Notes: generated by a model not told the origin, from the sequence alone. Counted from the stretch's first letter, positions 9,845 through 24,220 are shown. The stretch: DNA of 64,000 nt from Octopus sinensis (GCF_006345805.1 NC_043005.1:23994001-24058000); one strand, 5' to 3'. A program made the numbers and translations.

Positions 9845-12800
9845 AATTAAAATACATGGGTAGTAATAGTTCTCACATCGACAATGCTCTTCTCAATACG
9901 TGTGATGTACCAGTTAAGACAATCTTTTGCACTTCTTGCAGGGATGGTAAGCCAGGGATCATTCTCATATAATTTTCGGTTCCCTTCTTGATCATTCCTA
10001 GTGCTCCTACGATCACTGGTATTGTAACCGCCTTGAGATGCCACATTTTCTCAATTTCAATGAGCAGGTCTTTATATTTTCTGAGCTTGTCAAACTCTTT
10101 CGCCGAGATATTATGATCACAGGGGATGCTCATGTCGATCAATAAGCAAAGTTTATTGTTTTGGTCTTTCACAACAATATCTGTTTTATTGGCCTTGATG
10201 GTTCGGTCTGTATGTACTGGAAAGTCCCACAGAATGGTTACATTTTCTCCTTCAGTTACAGCTTCAGGGTGGTGATTATACCACTTGTCGGCAGTTTTGA
10301 TATTGTAATGCCGACTTATTAGCCAGTGTAGATATTGGCCAACTCTGTCATGTCTTAATTTATACTCCACTGGTGTTAAGACTTTACACCCAGAGATTAG
10401 GTGGTCCACTGTTTCAATCATGTCGTTGCAGAATCGGCATTTTGGGTCTGCTCCATTTTCATCACATTGGCCTGGTAGTTCCGGGTTAATAGGCTTTGAT
10501 CTTGAGCAGCCAGGATGAAACCTTCGCTCTCTGCTTTTAGCCCTGAGCTCCGTAGCCACTGATGGGTTTGCTTCTGGTCAACATCAGCTTGTTTGTTACG
10601 GGCCACATATTTGCCGTGCAGAGGTTTCTCCTCCCACCTATCAGCCAATTGCTCGTGCGCTTTTTTCGTTGCCGTTATTTTCACCTTCTTTGCAACAATA
10701 GTTGCCGTACTTCCCTCGGGTTGTTTAGTTTGGGTATCCTGCACGAGATCAATAGCAAATATTTTGCTTTCCTTTATGATAGAATGAAGCTTATTTCGCC
10801 TCTCGTGATTTTCCACGAGCTTTAGCATCCAGTCATTCATTATTTCAAGATATTTGGCCAGTCCAATTGTGGTTGTTTTGTAAGCTAGTTCAAATTGGAT
10901 CAGGCCTCGACCTCCTTGGGCTCTGGGAAGGTAAAGGCGATCTACGTCTGCCTTTGGGTGGTGCATCCTTGCGTATTTTCCTATCTATATTCTTTACTTC
11001 ACTCATATTCCAGTTCAACACATTGTAGCTATAAGTAACAACTGGAACTGCTAAGTAATTTATAGCTAACACCTTGTTACGTGCATTTAATTCAGATTTC
11101 AGGACTGCACGAACTCTCCTATAACATTCCTTCCTGATCTTCTCTTTCATGCTTGCATGCTGAATACCAGAGCCTTCATCTATCCCTAAATATTTGTATG
11201 TTTGTTCTTGCTCAAGCTCTCTTATGACTGTGTCAACATCTAACACGACTGAATTTGTGGTCTTCACTTTCCCTTTCTGGAAAGTGGCCTTGGCACACTT
11301 CTCAAGCCGAAACTCCATCCCGATGTCATCGCTGAATGCTTTCACAGTGCGCAATAGGCCTTCAAGTTCATTATCGTCTTTACCATAGAGTTTTAAGTCA
11401 TCCATATAAAATAGATGGCTTATTTTTTTATTGGCAATTTTATACCCATACCCTGTTCTGTTTAATTCACTTGTAAGGGGTATTAGGGCTATGCAGAATA
11501 TTAAATGTGGAAGTGAGTCACCTTGAAAAATTCCCCAGTTGATGTTTATATTTTCTGAGGCAAGTACTCCATTAGAGTGGTATAATTGGAGATTCGTATT
11601 CCACAACGACATATTGTGCTTCAGGAAGCTTGAAATCACAGGGGAAATTTTGAAGATGTCCAGCGATCTCAAGATCCATGGATGCGGTATACTGTCGAAG
11701 GCCTTTTTATAGTCAATCCATGCGGAGCTGAGATTTCTGCGCTTGTTGTGACAGTTCTCAAGGACCATACGATTAATTAGCAGTTGATCTTTGCATCCGT
11801 ATGATCCTCGGCGGCACCCTTTTTGTTCAATGGGGAAAATATCGTTCTTCTCCATGAATGCATATGTTTTCTCCGCCAGGATAGCTGTTAGGATTTTATA
11901 CATTCAGGTGTTTTCTTTGGGTCTCGTATAATTCCATTGAGCAGCTGAACTAGCTTACCGTGTGCGCATGGGAGCGATGCGAGCCAGAAATTCGGCACTC
12001 TATCTTTACCGGGGGATTTCCAGTTATGGGCCTTCGTGAGTGCCTTTCTTAAGTCTGCTATTGTGATGTCTTCCCATGCTTGTAAATTTTGGTAGGATCC
12101 TTCTGTTTGTATAATCCAGTCTGCATTTATGTTGTACGTCTTCTTGTCACTCCAAATCCTTTTCCAAAAGTTTTGAACTTCTTCCATGGAGGGGGATCTT
12201 TAACGGTTACTTTCTCCTTCCCTATTCCTCTGTAGAATGTTTTGGCATTGGATGTGAACAGCTTATTTTGCTTGTAAAACTTGTTTCTCTTCTCAAATAT
12301 TCGTATTCTTTGGGCTTTTGCTTTGACTTTTTGTTTCAGCGTTTCTTTTATTGATATCAGTTCTTCTCTTGGTGAGGATCCAAATTTTCTCTTCATCTTT
12401 CTTCCTGTTCTGGATCTTACATCATTTCCACATATTAGTTCATTTAATATTGATATTTCCCCTCTCATAAATTCAATCTCTTTTTCAATTTTACTTCTCC
12501 AGGTTTGATTTCTTCCAGGTTTGGTTTTCTTGTTTTTTTTCGGGGGCATACAGCTGGTTTCAATTGCCCTAGCAGAAGCGTAAATAATTTCATTTAACTC
12601 AGTAAAATCAGGTTTTAATTCTTGTATTATTTCATTTGTTACATAGTTGCCAATTTGGATTTGTTTTTTATTTTGGTTTGTATTTGAGAGTTTATGAAGT
12701 GGTTCTCTATCATTCATACTTGTATGTCTTACAACTTCAAGCATATTCAGGATTTTCTGCCTCATTTCTGCCATAGACTCTCTGTGTTCTTCAGCAAATG

Positions 12801-13566
12801 CGAGATCTTCAGTTACTGTTGTTTTATCATTTTCCTGGTTATCTTTAACAGGTACAATAGAATTTCTTGTATCTTCAGGCCTTTGCGTACTTCAGGCCTT
12901 TGCGGTCAGATGGCAGTCTTTCAATTAAGCCTCGTGGCGGGCTATTCTGTTCATCTGATTCTTCATTTCCTTTGTGTCTTATATTTATGTCATTTTCCGT
13001 TGCGTGCTTGATCGCGCTTATTTCACTGTCTGTGAGTCTGTTATTTCTAAGGATATCCCTCCTCACATTTGCCAATTTGTTCTCGTCCAAATAGGGCCTA
13101 CTGTCTTGATTCCGTGTTCTCCATATACTGTAAGAGTTTGCGGTGTGTATTTCTTGAGATGGCCTACCTAATGCATAGTAATAAGCGTAACTTACTTCTT
13201 TATACTCTTCTCGGGTCCATTTGTTCCGCTTGCATTTTTCTTTCTGTGGTGGTTGTGGTGGTGAACTTGGAGGGCTCGAGTTGGGGAATTTCCCGTTCAA
13301 GTGACCATCCATGTCCGTATTCGGAGAAGAGTTTGTGCCAGTTGAAAACTTTTCGATCCCAGGCTGGCTCTTCCCTAGGAGACGCGCTTCCAGATTAACC
13401 ATAGGACAAGCGATTTGGTATACTGATTTAGTTTTCCTTTTAGTTTCCAAAAACATTTTGGTGCTACGATAATGTTATCATTTTTGAGCTTTGATTGGCT
13501 CGTGGGGAGACGGCCATCATTGCCGTTAAAATTATAATCGTACCGTTATAACAGCCGCAGTCGGCT
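9845..13566 (-). mobile_element. Near full-length R4/Dong-like non-LTR retrotransposon (RT, CCHC, RLE), about five frameshifts
   Basis: Overlapping ORFs 12875-13456, 12127-12774, 11888-12187, 10890-11903 (EQKGC, WIDYKKAFDSIPH, GIFQGDSL, HLFYMDDLKLY, YKYLG), 10418-10966 and 9873-10559 (CRFC..ETVDHLISGC; ILWDFPVHTD..KTDIVV..IDMSIP.D..K..KYKDL). Confidence 0.92.
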
Positions 13567-13641
13567 TATTATTGTTATTATCATCACCATTATTATCACT
13601 ATTATCATTATCACCACTATTACTATCATCATTATCATCAC

Positions 13642-13697
<56 letters not shown>

Positions 13698-13700
13698 ATG
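13567..13700. repeat. (ATT)/(ATC)n microsatellite at the 5' junction of the LINE
   Basis: Directly visible. Confidence 0.9.
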
Positions 13701-14786
13701 ATATTGTTTTATGTGTAGTCACAGAAGTATCTTATTATTGTTATTTTTGTTTTTATCATTATCACCATCACAGTAGTGTCTGTCAGTCTCGTTGGCTGGC
13801 TGGGTGGTTGGCTGGCTGTCTTCAACGCCAGAATTCTTGCCTGTCAAATAATACTTTCATATTTGGTTAACATCTAAAGAGCCGAGGTGAGGTTTGTGTT
13901 GGCTGAACTCTGTGAGTGTGTGTGTGTGTGTGTGTACGTGTGTGTAGATAGATAGATAGATTATCAGCTCTATTACTATCATTATTATCACCATCACCAT
14001 CAGCACCATCATCATCAGTGATATTTTTTCCCCTCTTTTTCCTTTTCTTCTTTTTTTTTTTTAGGTGGGGTCCTATCGGTCAAAAAAAGTTCAAATGTCT
14101 ACTACTACTAGCCTTAAGAAAAATTAAGGAAGGACTGTTCTGTATTGTTTGAGAATAGAGAAGTTGTGTTCGGCCAGAGAGAATCTTAGCATCATTATTC
14201 TTTTTCCATGTGCGTTTGTGTTATTGCAATAAAAAGTGTTTGTATATTTCGTGTAAGGTAATATTGTGGAGGTTGAAGTTGACTTTTAAAGAGATGTTTG
14301 TATGTCCAGTTAGAAGAATAGGTGTGTTTTTGCAATAAAAAGTATATGTTTACATTTATATTTGAATATTCAGGGAGGAAGCAAAGAAAAGTCAGATTTT
14401 CATAGAAAGTTTTAAGGTTTTAAGATAGTCTTTTGTAAGTCCACAAAAAGAAAAGCGTGATGTTTTTAGAGAGAAGAAAAAAAAGGATGTTTACAGAGGC
14501 AATTGTGGGTATTAAAGTTTTTAAAACTGATCGGATGTATGTTTGAAAACTGTAGATATGTAAATTTGTAAATTTCTTAACTTATTTTGAAGAGAATTTT
14601 AAATACTCACAAGATATTGTAGATGTTCCAGTCTTTGAGAGTTATTTTTCCCCGTTGCTAAACTGGGTCATATTAGTGTTTCTATGGCTTTCGGCTACTG
14701 AATTGTCAGAGTAGTGAGGAATACGTCCAGCCGCTGTCAAGGCTGGCGCTCCTTATCTTATTATTATTATTATTATTATTATTATT

Positions 14787-15235
14787 TAGTAGTTTTATTT
14801 TTATAGCGTGCTTTCACTTCACTACCGAGCGCTTCTCTGTGTGCCTTGGTTATGTGCTGTGATTTGTTGTGATGCTCTGATGGTTATTGTATGGAAAGTG
14901 TTCTGCGTAGGATGTGTGCAGTGCCTAGTAGTGCAATTTTCTGTATGTTATATGTGTTTGTAAGTCCTGGTGTTTTTGTTATGTATTTGTCTGAATATTT
15001 TTTTATCATGCCTAATGCACCTACTATGATAGGAATTGTTTCTATTTTCAGGTTCCACATTCTAGTTACCTCTATTTCCAGGTCTTTGTATTTTGAGAGT
15101 TTCTCCATTTCTTTTAGAGACACGTTGTCATCTGCCGGTATTGATACATCAATTAGAAAGCATTTTTTTCTTCATGATCTCTGACAACTATATCTGGTCT
15201 GTTGGCCTTAATTTCTCTATCTGTGTGTATCGGCA

Positions 15236-15236
<1 letters not shown>
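14787..15236 (-). mobile_element. 5'-truncated R4/Dong-like LINE (RLE plus 3' UTR) flanked on both sides by (AAT)n
   Basis: PIHTDREIKANRPDIVV..KLSKYKDLEIEVTRMWNLK..IQKIALLGTAHILRRTLSIQ*; microsatellites at 14758-14786 and 15237-15368. Confidence 0.88.
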
Positions 15237-15277
<41 letters not shown>

Positions 15278-15286
15278 TACTATTAC

Positions 15287-15331
<45 letters not shown>

Positions 15332-15334
15332 TAC

Positions 15335-15368
<34 letters not shown>

Positions 15369-15771
15369 TGACAAGCGTATTTTATTGCATACTTTCACTA
15401 CGTAATCAATTACAGTATTATGCTTTATCATTACATGCAATGCTAGTTTTGCGTTTTCAAGGGTACAGAAAGTGAACTAGGTAACATGTGAACTATATAG
15501 GTAGTGATAAAATAGTATATAATAGACAATAGAGAGTATACATATACTGCATCATTAAAAACAATTATGTTTCTACTGTTACATAATCTAGAATGAAACC
15601 TCAGTACTGCTTGCAGCATTGTGCTGCGAAATAAAATCTCTTAATACCAGCTAAGCTTACCCCACATTCCAGTTAAAACTTGTGATATATCTTGTCTAAC
15701 AGAACTTTGGTTGAAACATTTATGTTTAAGAGTTGTCAACAATCTCGATCTTTTGATATTTATATACACAG

Positions 15772-15808
15772 ATAGTTTATTATGTCTTATCATGACTGAT
15801 ATAGTCAG
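15772..15808 (+). CDS. Candidate host-gene exon (37 nt, phase 1 to 2): (D)SLLCLIMTDIV-S
   Basis: TATATACACAG acceptor and AG|GTAAGA donor; phase fits the exon at 29461. Confidence 0.35.
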
Positions 15809-16123
15809 GTAAGATTTACTGTCTGCTTGCTTTTAAGCTACACGCATTTTGCACAATATCTATCGTCTGCTTCTTTGAAATCATACTGGCAGTTTATTAG
15901 AGTTGTTGCTCTCGAGAATACAATATATGTAAATATAATTTCGAAATGTGTGTACATCTGCAGCGAAGCAGAATGATATGTGACGTGTGTGCGTGTGTGC
16001 ATGTATATATGTATATGTAATATGTATATGGAAAAAAATATATATACATTCATATATATATATGTGTGTATCTATCACTATTTATATATGTATACATATA
16101 TACATACATGTATACACACACAC

Positions 16124-16171
<48 letters not shown>

Positions 16172-16893
16172 CTAACCGTGAGTTTAACGAAATATATTTT
16201 CTAGTAGTTTGTTGAACCCACGGTCATGAATAAAAATTATACATACATACATACATACATACATACATACATACATACATACAAACACACATAACTGCCT
16301 TTGCAATATTTAGTTGCATCACTTTACATTTTGAGTTCAAACTCCGCCGATATCAACTTTGCCTTTCATCCTTTCGTGCTCAATAAATATAGTCCCAGTC
16401 AACTACTAACATCAACACAATCGACTTATATTGCTGGCCATGAATCAAGAAGTTGAAAGAATTATGAATGGTGATGAACTGGTAGATTCATTTGCGCATT
16501 TCACAAAACGCTTTGAGGCATTACTTCCGAGTTGACCTTGCTCCAACGTCAAATTTACTTTTCAAATTTTCGGGTCCATTAAGTAAGTACCAGTTGTGTG
16601 TTGGGGGCAATGTAATCAACTCATTTCCTCTCCTCAAAATTGCTAACCCTGTGCCAAAATCTTGAAAGGTGGCAGAATCGTAAGTTCGTCGGACAAAATA
16701 CTTTGTGGCATTTATTCCAGCTCCTTATGTTCTGAGTTCAAATCCTGTGAAGGTCGATTTTACTTTCCATCCTTCAGAGGCCGACAAAATAAGTACTATT
16801 TGGGCACTGGAATCGTTGTAATCGGCTTACATTCAACCACCAAATGGCCGGCCTTGTGCTTAAAATTTGAAACTATGAAATAATGTGCCATAT

Positions 16894-16948
<55 letters not shown>

Positions 16949-16989
16949 CACCACCATTACTACTGCTATTACTATCATTATCATTATTG

Positions 16990-19600
16990 AAGACTATAGG
17001 GACCAGATTAATGGACTAGTTAAGCGGCAGTTGACGGGGGCAATCATCAATAACCGGTGCACAGAATCGCAACGTTTAGCAAAGAGTTAGCAATAGAAAG
17101 GAATAGATCAGAGGGTGAACTAGTTAGCAAATTAGGAGAAGCGATTAAAAACAGTATTGCGACCGATATGTTAACGGTGAGAATGACCATTGACCAGTTC
17201 TTAGAAGCAAAATACACAGGTTGCGTTGTCAGAGCTAAAGCCCGTGCGTTCAAACAGGAAGGAACTAAAGCTGTCCTATGGGCCCGAACGTGGAGACACG
17301 ACGTAGAAACAAAACCATGATGAAGTATTTGAAGGATTGGGAAGGGCGCGCTCGTGCTACGCGGCTCCCAGCAGATGTGTGCGGCTTTTCAGCAGCACTT
17401 CGTGCAGCTGTTTGAAGAGGGCTATGTGTCGACGACGGTTCTGGACTTTAGTTCCTACCTGGACTGCTTACCGCGGTTCTCGGCGGTTGATGCGGGCTTA
17501 TGTGGAAGGCCGATAACAGCTGCTGAAATTTGGGAGGAGATGAGCGATTGTACAAGTCGCAAATCGCCTGGTTTGGATGGGCTGCTCTATGAATTCTATG
17601 TATTCATGCCAGTTTTGTTTGGCGACCTCTTGGCAGACGTCTGCTGGCAACAGAGCGGGAGAATTCCTAGTGCTATTAGGAAGGATGTGGTGACGCTGCT
17701 GAGGAAAGACGCCGATGATGGGAACGTACTAGAGAATTTTCGGCCCATAACTCTGCTAAACACAGTTTACGGTTTTGGCCAAAGTGTTAGCGAAAAGGCT
17801 GCCGTTTGTCGTCGGTATCCTGGTCGGCGAAACGCAAACGTACGCAATCCTGAGAAGGTCTATCCACGACAACATCCACCTTATGCAATACATCATAGAG
17901 AGGGCTGGAACCAAAGCTGAATTTGGGGACGCTCTAACCAATTTAGATCAATCGAAAGCATTCGATAGGGTCGACCATCGTCACTTGGAAACCGTCCTTT
18001 GAGCTGGCGGTTTCGCACCCATTTTCAGAGGTTGAATCACTGCAATGCACAGCGGTATCTGTTCAGTGGTCAATATAAACGGCCACCTATCCGAGCCGTT
18101 TGGTATCGCACGCTCGGTCCATCAATACTGCACGGACAACGTCACCGTCATGGTGTTGGATACCTCTCAAGTGGAGACAGTCGGCACTATCCTAAAGGAA
18201 TGAGTTGGCTGCAGGGGCTAAAATCAACTCCGACAAATCGGTGAGTTTGCGGTTGGGTTCCTAGAGAGGCAGGACTAGTTAAACAGATCGGACTAGTTTA
18301 ATTGATTGATAAGAACTAGGATGAGGTGGCGAACAGAGTGGCCAGTCTTACCCAGAAATGGGCTGAGAGGAAGCTGTCTCTGAAAGTCGAGCAAAGGTGG
18401 TGGATGCTTACATCGCCTCCGTTATCTTTTATCGCCGGACCGTCATACCTTGTTCCATTACTACTTGACCAGGTTGGAGCGCCTCTTATCTAAATTCTTG
18501 TGGGAGGGACACGTTCCAATGGTCAGGCAGCCAGTCTATTGCCTGCATCTTCTGAGTGGCAAATTAGGTATGCCGTGGCTCCACTAGACGGTGAGCATGT
18601 ATGGGCTCCGTTTGTGAGGCTCGTCTTTTCGCAGTTCGTCTTCTTGACGGAGCTGCAGTCCTACATGAAGAAAAGACCGAGAATGGGAACCTGGTACCTA
18701 GAATGACGTCAGGCATTCACAGCACTCTACCAGTCGGGCAATGGGAACGGTGGATGTTCAGCTTTATGAATTTATAGAGGATTAGTGGCAGGGAAGTATG
18801 ACGATGTTCTCGAGAAGACTCTGGACGCCGACGAGAACGAACTGGCTAGTCTGTTCCGGAGGAACTATCGTGGATAATTTCTAGATGTCCTTGACCTGGC
18901 AGTGCTACCAGGCGGCGCTACCAGTTTGAGATAAACACTACAGGCATAGATGTGCTGTCAGACGGACTTGTCCAAGGTGCGTGCTGAGTGACTAAACCGT
19001 TCTGCACGCCCTCGTTCAATGTCCGGGCATTGCTGAATTATGGGGTTGTGTTGAACAGATGCTGTCACGTGTGGGATGGATCAGTCTGTCTGCCGAGTAT
19101 GTAGTGATGATTGCACCGTCGCCCTCCGTCAATCGCGCATGTAAGGCAGTTTTCCATTGCCTGGTGGCTGTGGCGAAAGAAGTTGTTTCGTGGACAGGTC
19201 TGAAAGCCATGAGGACAGAAACATTCCCTTTTTGTAGAGCTCTCACTGACTTCTCCAAGTTTCACTTGAAAAGGAAATTGAGAATAGAGAGTGCCGTCCT
19301 CGTGTGAATTTATTGAAAGGTAAGTGTAAGTTGCTAAAATGACATGAGTGGATGGTACCTCTCTAAGTGTAGACCTGTGAACCGGAAAGAAGGAATTGGA
19401 GAGGGGTCTTGCTCATAGGGTTTTAGGGATATCACAGACAGTAGAGTTCCTCAATTATCCTTAGAGACATTCCTGTATGAGGGCCACATCTCTATCATCC
19501 TCCCCGCCACTTTTTTAACCTTTGTACGCTATGCATATGTCCCTTCTTTTTCAGTGTATACCGTGTATACTTCCTGTTTTCCTTTTTTCTTAACATCTCA
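16990..19600 (+). mobile_element. Tx1/L1-clade LINE, 5'-truncated degenerate ORF2 plus 3' UTR
   Basis: KSPGLDGLLYEFY, NFRPITLLN, NLDQSKAFDRVDH, C-terminal CPRC-type finger and HLKRKLRIE; homologous to 38240-40670. Confidence 0.88.
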
Positions 19601-19619
19601 TTATATTTCTACTGTCTAT

Positions 19620-20070
19620 CAAGTCACAACAAGGACACCATTCAGACTCTACTTTATGCAGTATGCGTACAGTTCCGACCCGAGTAAAGCCGAGTTTTGC
19701 AAAACACCAAGATTTCTAAAGTGTCCAAATATTTCTTCAGGGTGGCATTGAACCCAATCCTCCTCCGACAACTTCTTCTTCTTCTTCTTCTTCTTCTTGA
19801 CCCAGGATTGATCTCAGTCCTGGCAGAATTTATGTGGATAGCGAGTTCCTACCTGTAACCTTAGATATTAACATGATTTCAATAAAACCTCGGCTGCTCA
19901 AAGCCGTTCTGACGATGTTCCCTGTTCCTGAGAGGCACCTTCTGTAAAATCTCTATAGGGTAAGCCATTCCATTCTCCTATGTCCATTTGTCTATTTCAC
20001 CACTCAAAATCCCAAATGCACCAATTATCACGGGCATAGATTTCATGTTCCAAATCCTCGCAATCTTAAA
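19620..20070 (-). mobile_element. Two short R4/Dong-like 3'-end fragments separated by (GAA)n
   Basis: IARIWNMKSMPVIIGAFG..EILQK (20070-19900) and VLQNSALLG..TVRILHKV-like (19770-19620). Confidence 0.6.
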
Positions 20071-21475
20071 TCCAATTAAATGTGGCATTCAATTAACTGT
20101 GGATAAAAACATAATACAAAATAGTTTCTCCGACACGTTATATATGTTAAGTTAATCTCATTAGGTTTCAGTTACAAAGTGCTAAATGTAAATACGTGCT
20201 GTTCGGAGTCCTACTGATCGAGATGATATTCATTGTATTTCAAAGCCCTTACATTATTATGATGAGTTTTTAATATCTGAGTAACTCTAGTACATGTGGT
20301 GAAGGTGGAAAGAAGAGAAAAGTTATAGGACGTGGTAACAATTTTCAAGCATGAAAATAATGTTATCAATTTAGAATAGGAGTAAGACCACGTTTTCGAC
20401 GAATCAGTAATGTTATTTAGAACACGAAGCTTTATGAAGAACAAGGAGCTTCCTCATCGAGTTTCCAAAGAACAAGAAACGGAAGCACTGCAATAATTGA
20501 AATAGGATGTCGTCTGTCAATTTTCATAGAAGTTTATAGTCAAAAGTGCATTCGCTTAAGTGAAGTCTGTCAGTTTGTTTGTAGTAGCATAGAGAAAACG
20601 AAACTGAAACGGGAATTTAACGAAGCATATTTTTGAAATTTTGGATGCTGTGACAGGTTAATAAAACGATCTAGACGCAATTTTAGGGTTCTATGTGAAA
20701 GTTTAAATATACACGATAATGCAACTGTCAGATGTTTAGATGTATAGAAAAAATGTTGAAGAGTGAATTTATTTTAGCGAACAAATTATAGATGTTGACT
20801 AAAAGGGATTACTTTGGAAACGAATATCTAATAAAATTTGATGAAAAAATACTACAATATGGGTTCAAAGCGGGTAATGAGTGTCTACAATTGTATTGAA
20901 TGGAAAGCCTGCTGGTGATTTACAATTAAGACCAGTGTTCAGATATCGATATCAATCTGAAAACCCAATTGTTACAAAAAGATTCAATATATGTATACAA
21001 ATAAATTTTATCATTTCAGTTCATATTTTATTTCTGTAAACTATAAATATCAGTCAAATATATTAAAATAAGGAAAATAAGCAACACCTTCAAAGTTCAT
21101 TTCAATTATATTTGAAAGTACAGTTTTGATCAAATGGCAGGATTTTAAAAGAATTTTTTGAAATTCCTTGCTTGTGTTTAATATAATATGATGTTTTCAA
21201 GTAGGTTGACTTACAGTGTGGTATTTCACAGGTCCTGAAAGTAAAGCATAAATATATGTTGTTTCATATCACTTAAAAAGTCTGGATCTAAGTCCAGGGG
21301 ATTGGCCATCCATAATGTTAACAGAAGACAGGAACGAGAAATGGAAAGAAGTAAATGAGTTATGTTAAAAAGCATCTTTTGGAAAGTATATAAAAATACA
21401 TATAAAAATGTTATCAAAAATAACGATAGACACATATACATACACATGGGTGTATGTATGTATATATATATATAC

Positions 21476-21561
<86 letters not shown>

Positions 21562-21935
21562 AATGAGGAGAAAATGGAGCGGTAATTAATAAAATTATCT
21601 ATCAATTATAAAATATAACAATTCTCTTCAGAGGTAGTAAAGGCATACCGATTAGAAATACATATTGAGATAACGGCTATAAACCGTTAACAGTGTATTC
21701 GGAACCTAAAATAATGCGAAGCACCTTGTGACCAGCGGTGTGTAACAATATCCTGTCCGATCAATACCCATTCTCCACAGCGCTTTCTTGGATAACGGAA
21801 TTGCAACAGTAATATGCTACATATATTTTTACTCTTATCTTTATTTTTATTTCTCTTTATACTTCCTATATCTAAACTTTTCCAAAATAACTCCTTATAT
21901 TGAACTCTAATTCCATCTAGTTATTTCTCTCATAT

Positions 21936-21985
21936 GGTCTCTGATGAAGGGATATCCTTATTATCCCAGAAATAGCTGTTAGACT
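21936..21985 (+). ncRNA. Minimal type-I hammerhead ribozyme motif (Penelope pLTR type), probably impaired
   Basis: GGTCT-CTGATGA-AGGGATA..TATCCCA-GAAA-TAGCTGT-T-AGACT: helix I GGTCT/AGACT, helix II GGGATA/TATCCC, near-palindromic helix III; A.A mismatch at the base of helix II. Confidence 0.6.
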
Positions 21986-22029
21986 ACCTTTCTCTATAAA
22001 TGTCATATAAATTCCGCACAGCCTTGGCT

Positions 22030-22345
22030 TTGTTGTCTTATTTTACTTAACATATCACCGTGATACCTGTGACCGACCAGGCTATCAGATGTTGATACAT
22101 ATCGCTGGTCACAATGTGCTTCGCATTGTTTTAGCCTTCAAATGGCACCACCCCGCTAGCTAAGCGAGCAGGCCAACAGAAGAAAGAGTGAGAGAAAGCT
22201 GTGGCGAAAAAGTACAGCAGGGATCGCCACCACCCCCTGCCAGAGCTCGTGGAGCTTTTAGGTATTTTCGTTCAATAAATGCCCGGTCTGGGAATCGAAA
22301 CCGCGAGTCCGCTGCCCTAACCACTGGGCCATTGCGCCTCCACAC
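22030..22345 (-). mobile_element. tRNA-derived SINE (GTGAAGGCGC..TGGTTAG head type); related copies at about 27270-27540, 28870-29260, 32740-33175 and 43450-43830
   Basis: Reverse-complement A and B boxes (GGGAATCGAAACC..AACCACTGGGCCATTGCGCCTCCAC); the same head motif recurs at the listed loci. Confidence 0.65.
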
Positions 22346-22357
22346 TTAACCACACAC

Positions 22358-22408
<51 letters not shown>

Positions 22409-23029
22409 ATATATATATGTGTGTGTGTGTGTTGTGTGTGTGTGTGTTGTGTGTGTGTGTGTGGTGTGTGTGTGTGTGTGTGTGTGTTGTGTGTGTGTGT
22501 AAGCATATACATAAATACGAATACATATACGTTCACTCACACATACAAATGCAGACGCGCATAAATTACACATTTATGTTGCCCAGAAGAAAATATCTCA
22601 TAGGAAGTTTTATTCTCTTTTCTTCTTTCCGACAACAAATCATATATTACATATACAATTTTCAAATAAATTCCTTGGCAAAGTATTTCTCAGTGTTTTA
22701 GTCAAAGTACTAATGCCCCGTTTCACAACAAACGAACCAACAATAGGAAGTTTTTTGTGGCAAAACGATTATAAATATTAAGACATCATGATATTGTAGC
22801 GAGCGAGGGGTAAATTATGGGAAATATGTCTTAGAGACAAAGCTGTTTCTTTCGTTTCTTTAGATACTAAATAGGATATTATGAATTGTACCGTCTTATT
22901 TCTACCATTAGCAATATTTGGAATCTGATTTTATGAAGCTGTTAACACAACGTGTAAGATGTATACCTATAAACTTGTTGCATATGCATTCCATTTTATA
23001 GGAAAGGCTGTATTTTAGTATTTTTATTA

Positions 23030-23364
23030 CATATGTATGTATATTTATATAAACATGTTAATATATCTTTTACTTGTTTCAATCATTGGACTTCGGCCAT
23101 GTTGTAAGTATATATTTATGTGTATATCTATGTATGTATATATGTATATTTTATACACGTATATATATATATATATATATTGAATCATGATGTGTTAAAA
23201 TGTACCCCCTGTCGACCAAGTAAATTTTCATTTAATCAAGATATCCTTGGCCTGAAGAGTAACTTTCAGTATACACTTGCTTACATATTTACCACTTCTG
23301 CGGTTCCCCTCGCTATTAAGAATATGTTACCCGGATCTATCTACTCCATTCCTTGAGTCAGTCT

Positions 23365-23416
<52 letters not shown>

Positions 23417-23855
23417 TATATATATATATATATATGTGTATATATATATAATATATATATATATATATACACATATATATACACACATATATATATATAC
23501 ATATATATAATACATATATATGTATATTTATATAAACATGTTAATATATCTTTTACTTGTTTCAATCATTGGACTTCGGCCATGTTGTAAGTATATATTT
23601 ATGTGTATATCTATGTATGTATATATGTATATATATATATATACACATATATATATATATATATATATTGAATCATGATGTGTTAAAATGTACCCCCTGT
23701 CGACCAAGTAATTTTCATTTAATCAAGATATCCTTGGCCTGAAGAGTAACTTTCAGTATACACTTGCTTACATATTTACCACTTCTGCGGTTCCCCTCGC
23801 TATTAAGAATATGTTACCCGGATCTATCTACTCCATTCCTTGAGTCAGTCTTGTT
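23030..23855. repeat. Near-identical tandem duplication (period about 485 bp, including TA tracts)
   Basis: Unit ATAAACATGTTAATATATC...CCTTGAGTCAGTCTTG occurs at about 23030-23367 and 23511-23852. Confidence 0.9.
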
Positions 23856-23859
23856 ATAT

Positions 23860-23917
<58 letters not shown>

Positions 23918-24021
23918 GTGTATATATATATAATATATATATATTATATATACACATATATATATATACACACATATATATATATATATAATATATATAT
24001 ATATATACATATATATGTATC

Positions 24022-24085
<64 letters not shown>

Positions 24086-24220
24086 ATACATGTATTATAT
24101 ATATATATATTATATATATATATTATATATACCAGCAAACTAAGGATATATGAAAACATATTTATATACAGATACATACATTCATTCATATATGCACATT
24201 GTTGTATATATATATATATA

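Noticed and set aside
14060-14750. AT-rich stretch that looks like a decayed coding sequence
   Set aside because: No diagnostic motif in any frame.
21215-21234. Minus-strand 20-nt microexon-like segment (TTTCAG|GACC..CACT|GTAAGT)
   Set aside because: Good splice signals, but on the opposite strand to the exon chain with no partner exons found; likely chance.
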